Source: Eledone cirrhosa (taxonomy: Eukaryota). Taken from it: a DNA stretch of 64,000 bases. The notes beneath the pieces were generated by a model. That model made no database searches, was not told the origin of the DNA, and saw only the letters and a program-made list of their open reading frames with translations. The position numbers and the translations under genes are program-made. The stretch covers positions 205,964,001-206,028,000 of the forward strand of contig OZ024741.1 of NCBI GenBank assembly GCA_964016885.1. The letters run 5' to 3'. This document shows positions 1 through 14,143 of the stretch, piece by piece (positions within the stretch are counted from its first letter, which is position 1; each line of letters begins with the position of its first letter).

Positions 1-1
1 C

Positions 2-68
<67 letters not shown>

Positions 69-72
69 CTAT
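1..72. repeat. (CTAT)n microsatellite, 5' flank of Tx1 element
   Basis: Direct tetranucleotide repeat; resumes at 5896-6014. Confidence 0.95.
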
Positions 73-306
73 CATTAATCTAGCTGTCGTCTGTTCTACA
101 GTGTGGATGTCATTCACTTCGCACAGAAGTTTTGTTCAAATTTATTGAGGAAATTTTGTGAGTTCAAACTTAATTTTGATACAATTGTGTAGCTTGACCC
201 TCCGTCTGAACTGTCAGGCGGTGGGTCAGCTCATCTTTACCCCTCCTAGAGGTGAAAAACCTGTTTTAAAAAATTTTGTGTAAAAAATTTCAATCGTCTA
301 ACAGAA

Positions 307-2208
307 ATGTTAAACGCAGCGAACGAAAATAGTGGTGGGGGGACAGCGGTAAGAGTTGTAAGCTCGCACGCTTTAGTCCTCCCTTCCTTCCCAACTAACG
401 TCATAGAGAAGGAAGGAAAAATTAAAATAAAAACGGACGAATCTGCGGAGAAAAAATTAAATGACGTAAACACAAATCTGGACTTGGATTCCAACAACGA
501 AAAAAAAAAATTTGAAAAATTGCATGACAATACTAATAACACAAACAAAGACACAACAAACAAAAAAATAACAGTTGAAAATAACACCATATCAGAAAAC
601 AAAGCAGACGACAAGATTTCATTTGCACAGAAAACAAAGAAATCTTTGACTTATATAGCGGAAAACATTTCAGATGTGGTACGAAGGATCACGGACGCCA
701 AACAATACATAAGTGAAGGCGAGAATGGCATTTTATCGGTAAAAATGCCTCAAGAATTCACGAAAGACATTGAAAGCCGAACGGTCAAGTTTCGGACCAT
801 CAACAACAGTACAAAAAAACCTGAACAGCCTTCTCAAGCAGATATCAAAACAGTACTCACAGAAGTACTGAATGAAACAACTTTCATAAGAAAAGACAGA
901 CTGTATGGAAGCCTAGCAATTATCATGAAGAACGAATCGGCGGCAAAAAAATGTGCTTTGTCACCGATTCGTTCGAAAAATTTCACCTTTTATCCATCTT
1001 ATATGGGGAAAAGAACTCAGCGCATATGGCTGGATGCAATGATGCCAGATGTGGACTACTGCTGACTCATAGCTGGCTTCATCGATCCAGTGAATGACAA
1101 TGTGATTTCCATTGGGAAAACCACAGGCAATGCGTTCAGTGGAACAGGTATAGAACTGGTAGTACAAATGAAGCCTGAACGCATCGCCCAAATACCCGAC
1201 AGAATCTTATTAGAGGACCACGGCTATATAAACATTAGCGTGGAGGGGAGAAGGCCGTCCTGCCATATCTGTGCAGGCAGAGGGCACCTGAAGGCCGCTT
1301 GTCCCCAACTCAACAAAAAGAAAACCCTGCTACCAACACCAGCTCCACCACCACCACCACAACAGATAAACAAACAACAAAACTCAGTCCCACCCAACCC
1401 GTCCCTCAGTAAAACCACAACACCACCACAACACAAACAGTCACAACACATTACCCCAAAACAAAATACAGGCCCACCCAACCTCTCACTCAATAAAACA
1501 ACACAACCACCGCAGACACAACACACAACACAGTCTAACATAGTGACATCCATCTCCCCCACAAAGAAAACCAACACGGAAACATTACCAGCAAACATAC
1601 CTTTTCCCTCCAACACTGAAGATAACCCAACGAATTCGGAGGAAGAAACGGAGTCCTTCAGACAGATTAAAAGGAAAAAAAGAAAACATGTGCAAAACAC
1701 ACAAGGACAAACAACCCCCACCCAAATCTCAACACAATCCAACAAAACAGAAAACACCCCTCCAGCAACAAACAAAACCAAACCTGCCCCTCCCCTCTTC
1801 GAAACACTCACACCATCGGAAAAAAAGACATTACACTATACTTACATCAACAGAAACAATAATAAATTAAATGAAATCATATACAATAATCCTTCGGTAC
1901 AAACCGAAGGTGTAAACTTTGTTTCGTCAGAAAACTACCCACATTTAAAACTAATAAAGATCCCAATGAACCTCTACCAAAAACTAAAAAAGGATTTTAA
2001 GGAGGACGTAGGACCACCCTCTGTCAAACCCATAAACCGCGTCCTACTAAAAAGCTTTCCCCCTCCCCTTCCCCTCCCCAACACAACTCCAAACACCCCA
2101 ACCCCACCACACACTGACGACCCCACACCACCACAAGACACCCCTTCACCCAACACCCCCGACCCCATGGAAGTCGTGCAACCCGAACCCCGGGAAGCGG
2201 AAAGGTAG
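307..2208 (+). pseudogene. Tx1 ORF1 (nucleic-acid-binding, zinc knuckle), one premature stop
   Basis: ORFs 307-1065 and 1090-2208 are in the same frame, split by TGA at 1063-1065; CHICAGRGHLKAAC knuckle; Pro/Thr-rich tail. Confidence 0.85.
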
Positions 2209-2241
2209 GTCTCTACACTCTCCTTTGGCTCTGCCGCCCAC

Positions 2242-5200
2242 ATGGATGTGTTAAGAGTAGGATGTTTGAATGCACGTGGCCTGGGCTCAACTTGGAAGCA
2301 AGCAAAGCTTCTAAATGACCTCAGGTCATGTAGTATAAATGTAATGGTTATCTGTGAGACTCGAATCAGCGTCGTGCGGCAGCTGGCCCCCACCTTCGAT
2401 GACTTTGAGGTGCATGCATCTCTCTGTCAACCTGGAGGTGGGGGTGGGGTTGTCGTACTGCTGCAAAAACACCTGGGTCTTGCCGTACAGGTTGTGCACT
2501 CGGACCCGGAGGGTCGCTTGTTGGTGCTAGACGTTGGCAGTAGTGAAAATGCGGCCTTGAGACTGGTCGTCGTCTACTCCCCTTTCGGAGCTGAACGGCC
2601 CGACTTCTTCCAGCGTTTGGAGACTTTTCTGGGAACGTCGCGTTCCCTGCTTCTAGCGGGGGATTGGAATGACATCCTGGATGCACGTTGGGACTATGCA
2701 GGAGCATGTCCTAATAGAGGGGGGTGTAACAGCCTCAAGGGGTTACTCGACCGTTTTAACTTGGTCGATAGATATCGACTAGATTTTCCAACTGTGCCTA
2801 CCTGGACTTGGAGAAAACCACAGTGGTCAATCTAGATCGTACTTAGATAGATTCTTAGTTAGAAGTAAGGATAGGGACATATTAAGCTGTCCAGAAATGC
2901 GCACGGTTGGCTACACGGATCACAAATTAGTGACCTGCGTGGTCAATCTCGAGAAAACACATAGACAGGGTCCCGGTTACTGGAAACTTAATTTGTCCTT
3001 ACCGGCAAAAGAGACTTACAGAAACCGGATTAGCAGATTAGTTAAGGAGAGGTTGACGGGTGCAATCGTCAACAACCGATGGTGGGCATCTCTCAAAAGA
3101 GAGATTAGAACAGAATCAATAAGTTATAGCAAGATGTTAGCTGCCGATAGGAATAGAAACGAGAAAGAATTAACAGGTAAATTAGAAGAGGCAATCAAGA
3201 GCGAAGATGTGGCCAGAGTGCTGGCATCGAGGACGGCCTTGAACCAATTTTTCGATGCAAAGCACGAAGGCTGCGTCATTCGAAGTAAAATACGTGCTCT
3301 AAGTAATGAGGGGGCCAAAGCCGTTGGATGGGCCCGCGTGACAGAAGCTAAGAGTGGAAATCGATCCACCATCCGGTCGTTGCAAGACGAAGATGGACGG
3401 GTGATCCGGGAGCCTAAGCAGATGTGCGAGGCCTTTCAAAGGCACTTTGCCCGATTGTTCGGGGGAGGCGAGGGTCCGGGCGGGGGCGTGGATTTCAGTC
3501 CATACCTCGACGGCCTGCCGCGTCTCTCGAGCGAAGAGGCAGAGTCCTGCGAGGGACCAATCTCGGCTGATGAGATCGGAGATGCGCTGAGCCAATGCAG
3601 CAGACGCAAATCTCCAGGTCTCGATGGTATACCTTACGAACTTTATTTAGCAATGCCGGTCTTCTTCTCCGAACTCCTCGAAGCGGTCTACTGCAATTGG
3701 CAGCAGAACGGGAGAATTCCTTGTTCTGTAGCCAAGGGCGTAGTCACGCTGGTGAGGAAGGACGAGAACAAGGGGGATAGTATAAATAATTTTCGGCCCA
3801 TAACCCTGCTAAACACAGAGTTAAAGATTTTGGCCAAGGTGTTAGCAAAGAGGTTGGCGCTTGTCGTGGGTGGCCTGGTGGGAGATGCGCAGACATGTGC
3901 TATCCCATCCAGGTCCATTCACGATAACCTCCACCTCATGCGATACATCATAGAGAGGGTTGGCAACAAACCCGGCTTCGGTGGGGCCCTGATCAACTTG
4001 GATCAGTCTAAGGCCTTCGATAGGGTCGACCATGGTTACCTGGATGCGGTGCTAGCGGCGGCTGGGTTCGGTCCTGTTTTCAGAGGCTGGATCACTGCCC
4101 TACATAGCAACCACATCTGTTCTAGGATCAAGGTGAACGGCTACCTTTCGAAGCCGTTCGAAATCACACGATCCATTTGACAGGGGTGCCCTCTCTCCTC
4201 CCTTCTGTACGTATTGACTCTCGAGCCTTTACTGAGGAAATTGGAGTTGTTGCAGGGTATCCCCCTGGAACCAGGATTGAGCAAAGCGGTGTCGGCCTAC
4301 GCCGATGACGTAACAGTAATGGTATCAACCGACTCGGAGATCGAGGCGATCGGTACCTTACTGGAGGAGTACGAAAGGTTGTCAGGAGCGAAACTGAACC
4401 GGGAAAAATCCATCGGGCTGCAACTCGGAACGTGGAGAGGCAGACCGATGCCTCCTGACGGTGTCGTCGGACACTGGACGGAGGGCCCGGTAAAGTTGCT
4501 TGGGGTCTGGTTTGGACCGGACCTCCAGGTGGAAAAGAACTGGAACGAGGTTACGAACAAGGTGTTTGCACTAACCCAGAAATGGGCCAAGTGTAAGCTG
4601 TCCCTAAAAGGCCGGGCGGAGGTGGCGAACATTTACATAGCGTCCGTCACTTACTACCGCCTGACTGTCGTGCCTTGCCCTAAGGAAACACTCACCACCA
4701 TGGAACGCATGCTCTTCCAATTTCTTTGGAAGAAGCGTCCTCCTATGGTGAGAAGATCCATCTGCTGCCAACAACCTTCGAAAGGAGGGCTGGGGATGCC
4801 GTGGTTGATGATGCGTAGGCAAGCATTAAGGCTACGGCACCTATAGGTATTCCTCACTGGTCAACCGGTGTGGGCTCCGTTCGTGAAACGAGCCTTTCCG
4901 AGACTCGTCTCGCTCACCGAGCTACAGTCCTAGGTCAAGCAAAGATCCGGAAAACTGGGAGACTGGCACACTGAGTGTGCTCAGGCGCTCAGGGCTCTCT
5001 GGCAAGCGGGCCGGGCCATCGGTGGAGAATCCACCTCATCATTCTATAGAGGGCTGGTGGCTAGCAGGGGCGATGACACCCTTGGAGAGTCGCTGGACAT
5101 GGAAGAAGACGAACTGGCCAGCCTGTTCGGTAGGACTTTCGGCCCAGGACCAATGGACAACTTCCAGAAGTCACTGGCCTGGCAGTGCTACTGGGGGGCT

Positions 5201-5680
5201 CTACCCGTTCGAGAGAGGCTCTACAGACACGGGCGCCCGGGCAGGGATCCCTCAAAAAAGATTTGCCCTAGATGCGTGCGTCACGAAGAAACCGTTGCGC
5301 ACGCATTGGTGCAATGTCCGGGCGTGGCTGATCTGTGGGGCTACGCCGAACAACTGCTGTCGCGGGTGGCGCCGATTAAATTGACCGCCGAGTCCGTGAT
5401 GACAATCAAACCGCCTCCCCTCTTCACAAAGGAAGCAAAGGCGGTTTTTCTGTGCGTAATAGCCATGTTGAAAGAGGTTGTTTGGTGGACACGATTGAAA
5501 GGTCTGAGGTCAGGCAACTTCCTCTCTGGCCATAGTCTGGTCTACTTCTTCCGATATCACTTCGGAAGAAGGATAAGAATGGAGAGAGAGGTGCTTGGCC
5601 ACAGGCAGTTTTATGAAAGGTGGGTGATAGTGGCGAGAATGGCTCGTGTAAATGGGCCTTCTCTGTATACCATCCTGTAG
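2242..5680 (+). pseudogene. Tx1 ORF2 (APE endonuclease - reverse transcriptase - CCHC), disrupted
   Basis: CLNARGL, GDWN, SYLDRFLV (after +1 frameshift ~2815), TDH, KSPGLDG, FRPITLLN, DQSKAFDRV, QGCPLS, YADD, GGLG, CPRC..ETVAHALVQC; stops at 4178, 4844, ~4931. Confidence 0.93.
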
Positions 5681-5894
5681 GTAAAGAAGTAAAGGAGAGG
5701 GGAGCACCTTCTCCATGTGCTCCCCGGGCAAAGGATTGCACACTTTTTCGGGGGTGTGTGCAACCCCCATCACGTCCCCTCCCTTTTGAGGTTATTTTCG
5801 ATTATTTTCATGTTACACCCTTTTTACTCGATTATATGTAAACTCCCCCTTTGTATTTGTCCCTTCTTTTTATGCCTTTATGGTAAATAAAGAA

Positions 5895-6016
<122 letters not shown>

Positions 6017-6188
6017 ATGTATGTATATTATACATAATAAGAACGGAAATGTATCTGCGAAATATTTTATCACCGCAGGCCTATTAGCCAATTTGGAAAA
6101 ATATCAAAGCATCATATTACCATAGTTCTACATGTTCTTCTTGTCTTTTTCCTTTATTCCTCCTACCATCCATCCTCCGCCGCTCCTG

Positions 6189-6221
<33 letters not shown>

Positions 6222-6339
6222 CCATCACCACCATCATCATCATCACCACCACTACCTCCACTGCCGCCACCATCAGTACAATATCACTAGCACCACCATC
6301 CGAAAAATATCCATTATTCCAATATTTTATTAATCTTTG

Positions 6340-6880
6340 GTAGCTGATTCGTAATTATTGTCTAGCTAATTTAAATGTCGTGAAAACTCGGCTGCTATTT
6401 TTAGCAGCGTATGAGACACGCTAGGTTCTGATGCCATGTACGTTATTTTATATTCGCATACTATTCAGTCTTCTGATATACTTAGAAGTGGAGGGTTTAC
6501 TAATTTTTACACCCACTGAAGAGCAATGAATTGGTAATTTCCTTCGCTTAATAATTGCGAAACAGCTACCAAAGCTGTCTGGGTGTTCAGGCAGTTGCCC
6601 AATATAGGTGTATTTTTCTTTTTCTTGATTTATTACTTTAAATTGAGTCTGGCAATTGTTTGGTATTGTTATAGTTAGTATTTGTCTGGTATTGTTATAG
6701 TTAGTATTTTTTTCATCCTAGCGAACTTGGACCCTTACAATTCGAACACATGTATGTTTATATTTGTGTTTACCTCTCTTGTATATTCAATTATATTACA
6801 CGGCTCAGAAAAACTTCTTTCTTTGAGCTATTTAATTGTAAGAGTCTATTTTGAGTTTCTAACTCAATATATACCTCTGA
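6340..6880 (+). mobile_element. Short HHR-bearing repeat (Penelope pLTR/retrozyme-like) ending in (TA)n
   Basis: Contains the 6510 HHR; 3' part resembles 16180-16385; 5' boundary approximate. Confidence 0.55.
6510..6585 (+). ncRNA. Type I hammerhead ribozyme with full stem III
   Basis: caccca-CTGAAGA-gcaat...attgc-GAAA-cagct(accaa)agctg-TC-tgggtg; all three stems pair. Confidence 0.85.
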
Positions 6881-7110
6881 TATATATATATATATATATA
6901 CAAGTGGAAGCTTAGTAAAATCAAAACTTTGGCTGTGGCCAAGCAAAGTCGACCTACAATAAGGAATGAGTACCAAAGCACTCAATAAGGGTAGGTCCTT
7001 AGATTAATAACATTACGTTTAAAAAGCTTGACAAATTGAAAATTGCGGTAGGCAAAACCCAACCATACAATACCAAAAACAACGAAAGAACTAAGCAGGT
7101 TCAGTATATA

Positions 7111-7760
7111 TACAGTGAGCGGACGGTATTTGAGGACACATGCATTTTTAGTCATTATTTTAATTTACTAATTTTTATTGAACTTCTTTTTCAGAAAATA
7201 ACAGTGAAAATAACTATGCTTACTAATGAAATGAAAAGGTAGGCTGTGGTTGTGGCATTGAAGGCTAAGCATGGGGATTTAGAAATTTCTCATTTTCTGA
7301 AAGTTGCAAGATCTTTTGTCCACAAGATTTGGTGTGAGTTAGAGAAAGATATTACCTGTATCAAAACGTAAAAAAACATTTCAAATGCTCTGATTCTATC
7401 AGGACACTTAATTTATTCAGGAAGTTAAGCAAAACATTGATGACAATCCAGGAAAATCAATGAGGTCAATTACAAAAAATTTTGGTGTGTCAGAAAAAAC
7501 AATCAGAATTGTTGTGCATGAAGGCATCAGATACAAATCTTACGTGATGAGGAGGGGTCAATTCATCTCAGAAAAAACAAAAGAAAACCGTTTAATCAGA
7601 TCGAAAAGACTTTTGAATAAACTTAAAAATCCATCAGAAGATGATGTGATTTGGTTTTTCTCAGATGAGAAAAACTTTGACCAGGACCAGAAAACTAACA
7701 GAAGAAATAACAGGTGGCTATGTGCAGACCCTTCTTAGGTTCCAAGAGTAATGCACACAA
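7111..7760 (+). mobile_element. Tc1/mariner (maT/DD37D-like) transposon 5' fragment, degenerate transposase
   Basis: TA+CAGTGAGC start; SMRSITKNFGVSEKTIR HTH-like segment; WFFSDEKNFDQDQKTNRRNNRW. Confidence 0.8.
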
Positions 7761-7881
7761 TGAAGTATGACTCCAGTTCCCCAGTGAATTAACAACCCAA
7801 CAAGGAACTGGGCATATCAGAGTATTGACAACATCATACACCTAAACAACATATGTACTTGTCTATACCATACTAATTCAA

Positions 7882-7936
7882 ACTGCCTGAAGAGGTCACA
7901 GCCAAAGATGGCTGTCACTGAAATATATATAGCAGT
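7882..7936 (+). ncRNA. Type I hammerhead ribozyme (palindromic minimal stem III)
   Basis: actgc-CTGAAGA-ggtcacagcc(aaagat)ggctgtcact-GAAA-tatata-TA-gcagt; followed by AATAAA and (TA)n. Confidence 0.75.
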
Positions 7937-7980
7937 AATAAACGAAGCTAAATTTTAATCATTTGACTTTTATTTAACTT

Positions 7981-8103
<123 letters not shown>

Positions 8104-8423
8104 TATGTCTGTGAAGGTAAGAAGATATTTCACAATGCACATACACAAGTACGTATCAATTTCTCAAAAAAACCACTTATAAAGCCAGCCTAAAACAACA
8201 TTATATGAAAAATATAGATTTTGTATGATAGTCAAATGAAAAGGACAAAGAAATGTGAAAATAAAGATAAAAATGATTATATACTTACAAGTATGAAAGG
8301 AAAAAAAGGAACTGATGATAGTGGCAGGATGCGGTGAACGAAAGAGAAGGCACATACATCTATCTATATCACATCTATCTATCTATATATATATATATTT
8401 ATCTATCTGTCTATCTATTGGTC

Positions 8424-8455
<32 letters not shown>

Positions 8456-8575
8456 ATTAAATGCAACTGGAGTTTTATTTAAAAATATATATATATATTT
8501 ATTTGGTTCCTTTACCGGTTTCGCAGTTCTTCTGTTTTTCAAAAGTAGAGTTGAGATGGAGGGTCTGTGGTTTTT

Positions 8576-8611
<36 letters not shown>

Positions 8612-8771
8612 TTATATATATATATATACATCATACATACATATATGTATGTATATGTGCATATATATATGTATATGTACACACATATACACACATATAT
8701 ATGTATATGTACACACATATACACACATATATATGTATATGTACACACATATACACACAAACACACACACG

Positions 8772-8818
<47 letters not shown>

Positions 8819-9036
8819 ATGTGTGTGAATGTGCGCGTGTATACGCACACACACATATATATACATATATATATGCACAGACCAAACACGCTGAAAGTGA
8901 TGAAAAGGGTGAGGTGTGGCTTAAGATAGGGTGTGTGGGGAGAGAAATATAATTATATAAAAGCATAGGCTAAGAAAACTGTTAAGTAGTGCTGAGGTGG
9001 ATGGGTTATAATAGCGCCCGAAGAGTTGAAGAATGT

Positions 9037-9058
9037 TGTGTGTGTGTGTGTGTGTGCG

Positions 9059-9150
<92 letters not shown>

Positions 9151-9156
9151 CGTGCG

Positions 9157-9214
<58 letters not shown>

Positions 9215-9218
9215 TGTG
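9037..9218. repeat. (TG)n microsatellite
   Basis: Direct dinucleotide repeat. Confidence 0.95.
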
Positions 9219-9697
9219 TAATGTATTTTTGAAATTTCAGAATATTTATTGGGAAAGTGGAGGTTAGATACGTGTGTTGCATTTTGAAAAAGTAGATGGG
9301 TTAGGTTAGTAATAGTGGAACAGCAGCGAATGAGAAGAATGGAATGAAAATTGGAAGAAAATAAAAGAGAATTGAGAGAAAAGACAAGGGTGGTGCTCGC
9401 ATCCATGTAATTAAGCAACAATATGTCTGTAAATCTGCATATAATATACAAAACAAAAACAAGGTGTGCTCTCTTATATTATATGCATAAGCGTATGCAT
9501 ACAAGCTTACACTTACTCATAGACACAAACAACTATATGTATGTGTATACATGCATACACATATACATATATACACACACATTGTAATCCCCCCCCCCCC
9601 ACACACACATATATATATTTATATATATATATATATTTACCTTCAAGCCTCACATTTTATGCATTTCTATTTCAAGGTCTTTGTGATTAACTGCTTT

Positions 9698-9770
<73 letters not shown>

Positions 9771-10329
9771 TATATATATATGGAAAACAGTTAATACACA
9801 AAGACCTTGAAATTGAAATGCATCAAATGTGTGGCTAAAACCAGTTCCAATAAAGATAGGTGTGATAAAAACATACGAACGAAACGGAATAACTATACAA
9901 GGGTTTACAACTACACGAGTTCAACGATCTAGTTCTGCTAGGAAAGCCCATATCCTGTTAGAGTCATTGAATAGCACAACTGAAACAGAACAATACCTGC
10001 ACAAACCGTATATAATAAGCCTCTTATAAAACATAACATCACATCATATATTGTACATGTTTAATACTCAATAAAATACATAATACATATAACACATATA
10101 AGACACAACAGATCAAACACTAGATTAACAAGAAAAAAACAAGCTAAACACCATAACAATAGAAAACTGACCTCGTACATTAACAGGTTTCTATATTCCC
10201 TAACATCAACAGAAATAAGAACACGATGTTGCACATACCTCAGCAACACGAGGGTGTAAATGGTGATACAAAAAACGATGCAACAAAAAAATTGAAACAA
10301 AGGAAAAATCCCCAATAGGCCCGGTTAAC

Positions 10330-10905
10330 GGCACTTCCATGCCTATATAGTTTATCTTGAACTGGCAACGCTCCCCGGTGACACTGCCGGGCCAGGGACT
10401 TGTAGAAGTTATTCATTTGCCCTGGACCGAAAGTCCTCGCGAAGAATAGCTAGTTTGCTTTCGTTGACACCCAGAGTTTTCCCAAGGACATCGTCGTTAC
10501 TGCCCTCCACTAAGCCTCTATAGAACGCCAAGGAGGAGGTACCACCGATCGCAGTGCCTGGTTGGCAAAGGGCAGTGATTGAAGACATTCCAGTTTCCAA
10601 GTGCTCCCTCTCGGTTTCCGCTTGACCCAAGAGTGCAGCTCCCTCAAGGAGATTAGCTGACGAAAAACGTGCCTAGCGAAAGGCGACCACACCTGTTCAA
10701 CGTCTTGAAAAATCTGGAGATGTCGTAGTCTCAGTGCATGTCTTCGCATCATCAGCCATGGCATGTCCAGTCCTCCACGGAACGGGTGTTGACAGCAGAT
10801 TGACCGCCTGACCATCGGAGTGCGTCTCTTTCACAAAAAGCTAAAGAACAAACGTTCCAGTGTAGTCAGACGAGGCTTAGGATAAGGCACGGCTGTCAGG
10901 CGGTA
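10330..10905 (-). mobile_element. Tx1 ORF2 fragment, diverged paralog of 4640-5230
   Basis: MVRRSICCQHPFRGGLDMPWLMMRRHALRLRHLQ matches ORF2 of the 73-5895 element. Confidence 0.88.
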
Positions 10906-11054
10906 ATAATAATAATAATGGATCCGTCTCACTATGATCAACAGAATAACCTACTAATGAGAAATTAATGGGCAGGGGGATTCAGCATGACGCAGACACC
11001 ACAAGGTATATGTCATGGCTGGCCTTCTTTTAAATTGCAGGTTACAAGTAGAGG

Positions 11055-11097
<43 letters not shown>

Positions 11098-11240
11098 ATA
11101 AGTTTAAAAGCCATACAATGCATTGAAAAATTAACGGTGCCAAGATAGCGATAGAATTTTACCGTATATATATAGAAATAGCCGTCGAAACGGCTTGAGC
11201 TCTGCCGTCGGGGTCATACATTTTCATATATATATATATA

Positions 11241-11608
11241 ATTGGTGTTGGATGCTTAAAGCGTCCGTATGTAGTAGGCCGTATGAGCACTCGATGCTCT
11301 CATAGAGCAGAGTATGATATCACAGAAAAAAAGAGAATCAGTGTTGCGACGAATGGAATTTATTGGACATATTACAATCGTTTCTCTGGGGACCAGCTCG
11401 AAGCACGATCGATGTGATGATCGAACCTGACTCTGAAAATCGCAGAGGAAAATCTGCTTCGTAGAATCAAGACGTATCCGAGGACCTTGCGATTTTCAGA
11501 GTCAGGTTCGATCATCACATCGATCGTGCCTCGAACTGGTCGCCAGAGAAACGATTGTAATATGTCCAATAAATTCCATTCGTCGGAACACTGGTTCACT
11601 TTTTTTCT

Positions 11609-11612
<4 letters not shown>
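11241..11612. mobile_element. Fold-back insert (~130-bp inverted arms) of a PLE-type 3' terminus in (TA)n
   Basis: 11318-11446 is the reverse complement of ~11485-11612; arms carry an HHR 3' half GAAA-cgattg-TA then AATAAA. Confidence 0.7.
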
Positions 11613-11699
<87 letters not shown>

Positions 11700-11846
11700 T
11701 ATTTTCCGTTGTGTTGTAATATAAATATTACACACAGTAGATTATCAGCTCACGTAGAGTTTGCTCGACGGTTCCAGTTGTAGTTCCAAAAGTAATCCGG
11801 AGAAAAATAGAAAGATTTGAATGGATACAGTTTAGTTGAAAGGAAT

Positions 11847-11963
11847 TTATTGACACGTGTTTCTATAACAGTTACATAACCTAAAACAGCTATCTACAAA
11901 CTTTTAGTTATGCAGACATTCAATATTTCAATGTTATTATTTACTGTCATTTCATCAGAATAA
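11847..11963 (-). ncRNA. Hammerhead ribozyme in inverted pLTR (long stem II insert)
   Basis: Reverse complement of 15717-15833. Confidence 0.7.
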
Positions 11964-12267
11964 TATTACTGAGGACCTATTTAGTTTTTATAGAGAATAT
12001 TAGGAGGGAGGGGTGAAGTTGTTAGAAGAATAGTTGAAGGAGTGGTTTTTCGATAGCAGTGAGAATTCTTGGTGGCAGTGAGTAATTAGATTCCCATCTG
12101 TTGTTTTGACATTTTTTATAGAATATATTATTGGTTATTTTTCTAAATCTATAGAAGGATTAGAGATAGTAAAGATATGCGTGGTTGGTTTTGTGTTTGC
12201 ACTTAATTAACATTCAGACTTAAATTTTTCTTTCAAGTGTACGTATCCTTTCACCCACGCATTCACG

Positions 12268-14143
12268 AGTGAAGTAACCCTTAAGCACATCAATGATGAG
12301 GCATGCGAAATAGTGAAAAATCTCGGAATCGAAGATAGGACAGGACCACTCTTACCGGCGGTACCCACCTTCAATCTTAAGGACCACAAGGTAAACTTTG
12401 ATAATGACCCTAAAATTAGATTAATCTGCCCCTCTAAATCAGATATAGGTAAAATAAGCAAATATATCTTAGATAGAATCATCCCCCAAATTAAGGCTAA
12501 GGTTAACATTAAACTCTGGGGGAAGACCCAAGAAGCAATAAGATGGTTTAATAGCATTAGCAATAAGAATAAATCTAAGTTTATCCAGTTTGATATCGAT
12601 GAATATTACTCATCGATATCACCTGAAACTTTGAATAGAGCCATTAAGTTTGCTAAGGATAACTCTGACCTTACAAACGATGAAATTAAGATTATATTAG
12701 AAGCTAGGAAAACTATAGTCAAATTTGAGAACAGTTATTGGGTACGTAAAGATAGACCCTCTAACTTTGACATAACAATGGGCTCTAACGATTCGGCGGA
12801 AATAACTGATATTGTGGGGTTATTTATCGCCTTTAGACTCCAGGAAAAATTCAGCAATCTCCACGGCGGAATATACCGCGACGATGTTCTCCTCCTAGCT
12901 AAAAACCTTAATAACCAAAAACTAGAAAAACTACGCAAAGATATAAGAAAACTACTACTCGAAATAGGACTAACTATAACATATGAATACAACCTTAAAG
13001 TAGTTAACTTCCTGGATGTCACACTCAATTTAAACTCTGGTTTGATTAAACCGTTTCATAAATTGAATGAAAATCTCAAATACGTAAATGTTGGGTCTAA
13101 CCACCCCATCTCTATAATTAAATCTATCCCTAAAAATATTTCCCTTAGAATCTCGAGTCTATCTTCTAACATACAAGTATTTAAGGAACGCGCCGAGTAC
13201 TACGATAACGCCCTTAGTAAAGCAGGCTACCTCAACAAAATAGAGTACATAGATGGGAACAATCAAAACACCCAAAATAAATCCCACATAGGTAGATATA
13301 ATAACACAACACCAAACCACACTTACTACCATAGTATGCACACCAGTAAACCAACAAACAAAACTAATAGAAAGCGATGCAAAGAGTACTTATGGTATAA
13401 CCCCGAATACAATAGCTCCATTAGTACAAATTTACCAGTACTCTTCTTTAAAATAATTAAAAGACATTTTCCCACATCACACAAATACCACAAAATCCTA
13501 AACCCTACCACTATAAGACTGTCATACTCTACAGCGTTAAACCTTGAACAACACATAAAAAAGATCAATACTAGAAGGTTAAACGAAAACACTAAGAACT
13601 AAGTACAAAGAACACAAAAAAAAAACAGTAGACAATACACTACAGAACATAAATAAACCACACCTAAGTTCGTCCGCAATACTACTCCAGAGAAAACCCA
13701 ACGTACACAACTGTAACTGCACCTATCCTGACAACTGCCCCCTCGGCAATAACTGCCTGGAAAAAAATATTATTTATAAGTGTACCATTAAATCCGGAGG
13801 CAACGAGTGGTATTACGTGGGATCAACGGCAACATCGTTTAAATCTCGATTGTATAGGCATTCTTACTCAATAAAACACCAGAGCCAAAGAAATGTAACA
13901 ACTTTAGCAGAAAAAGCTTGGACGCTCAGGGATAGCGACCAAAAGTTTACCCTAAAATGGGAAAAATTAGCTAAAACCCAAAGCTTTTCCAGGAGCCAAA
14001 ATTTCTGCAAATTATGTAATCTTGAGATTTATTACATAATCACACACAAGAAGAAACAGCTGAATAACAGAATTGAACGAACATTATTCTGCCGTCACAG
14101 AACTAAAACCCTTTTTTCCCACTACAAGCCGAATATTACATAA
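12268..14143 (+). pseudogene. PLE reverse transcriptase + GIY-YIG endonuclease (stop 13600, frameshift in poly-A ~13616-13625)
   Basis: RLICPSKSDIGKISK, QFDIDEYY, ITMGS, YRDD, NFLDVTL, SNHP, WYNP; CNC..CPLGNNC linker; NIIYKC...YYVGST..FKSR; CKLC..E..CRH. Confidence 0.92.

Noticed and set aside
1063-1065. In-frame TGA in Tx1 ORF1 (and at 4178) as selenocysteine or readthrough
   Set aside because: 4178 sits at the conserved Arg of RQGCPLS (CGA>TGA); the element has other stops and a frameshift, so decay is simpler
13700-14143. Selenocysteine-coding PLE (Naiad-type)
   Set aside because: All visible conserved cysteines use TGT/TGC; no in-frame TGA at those positions
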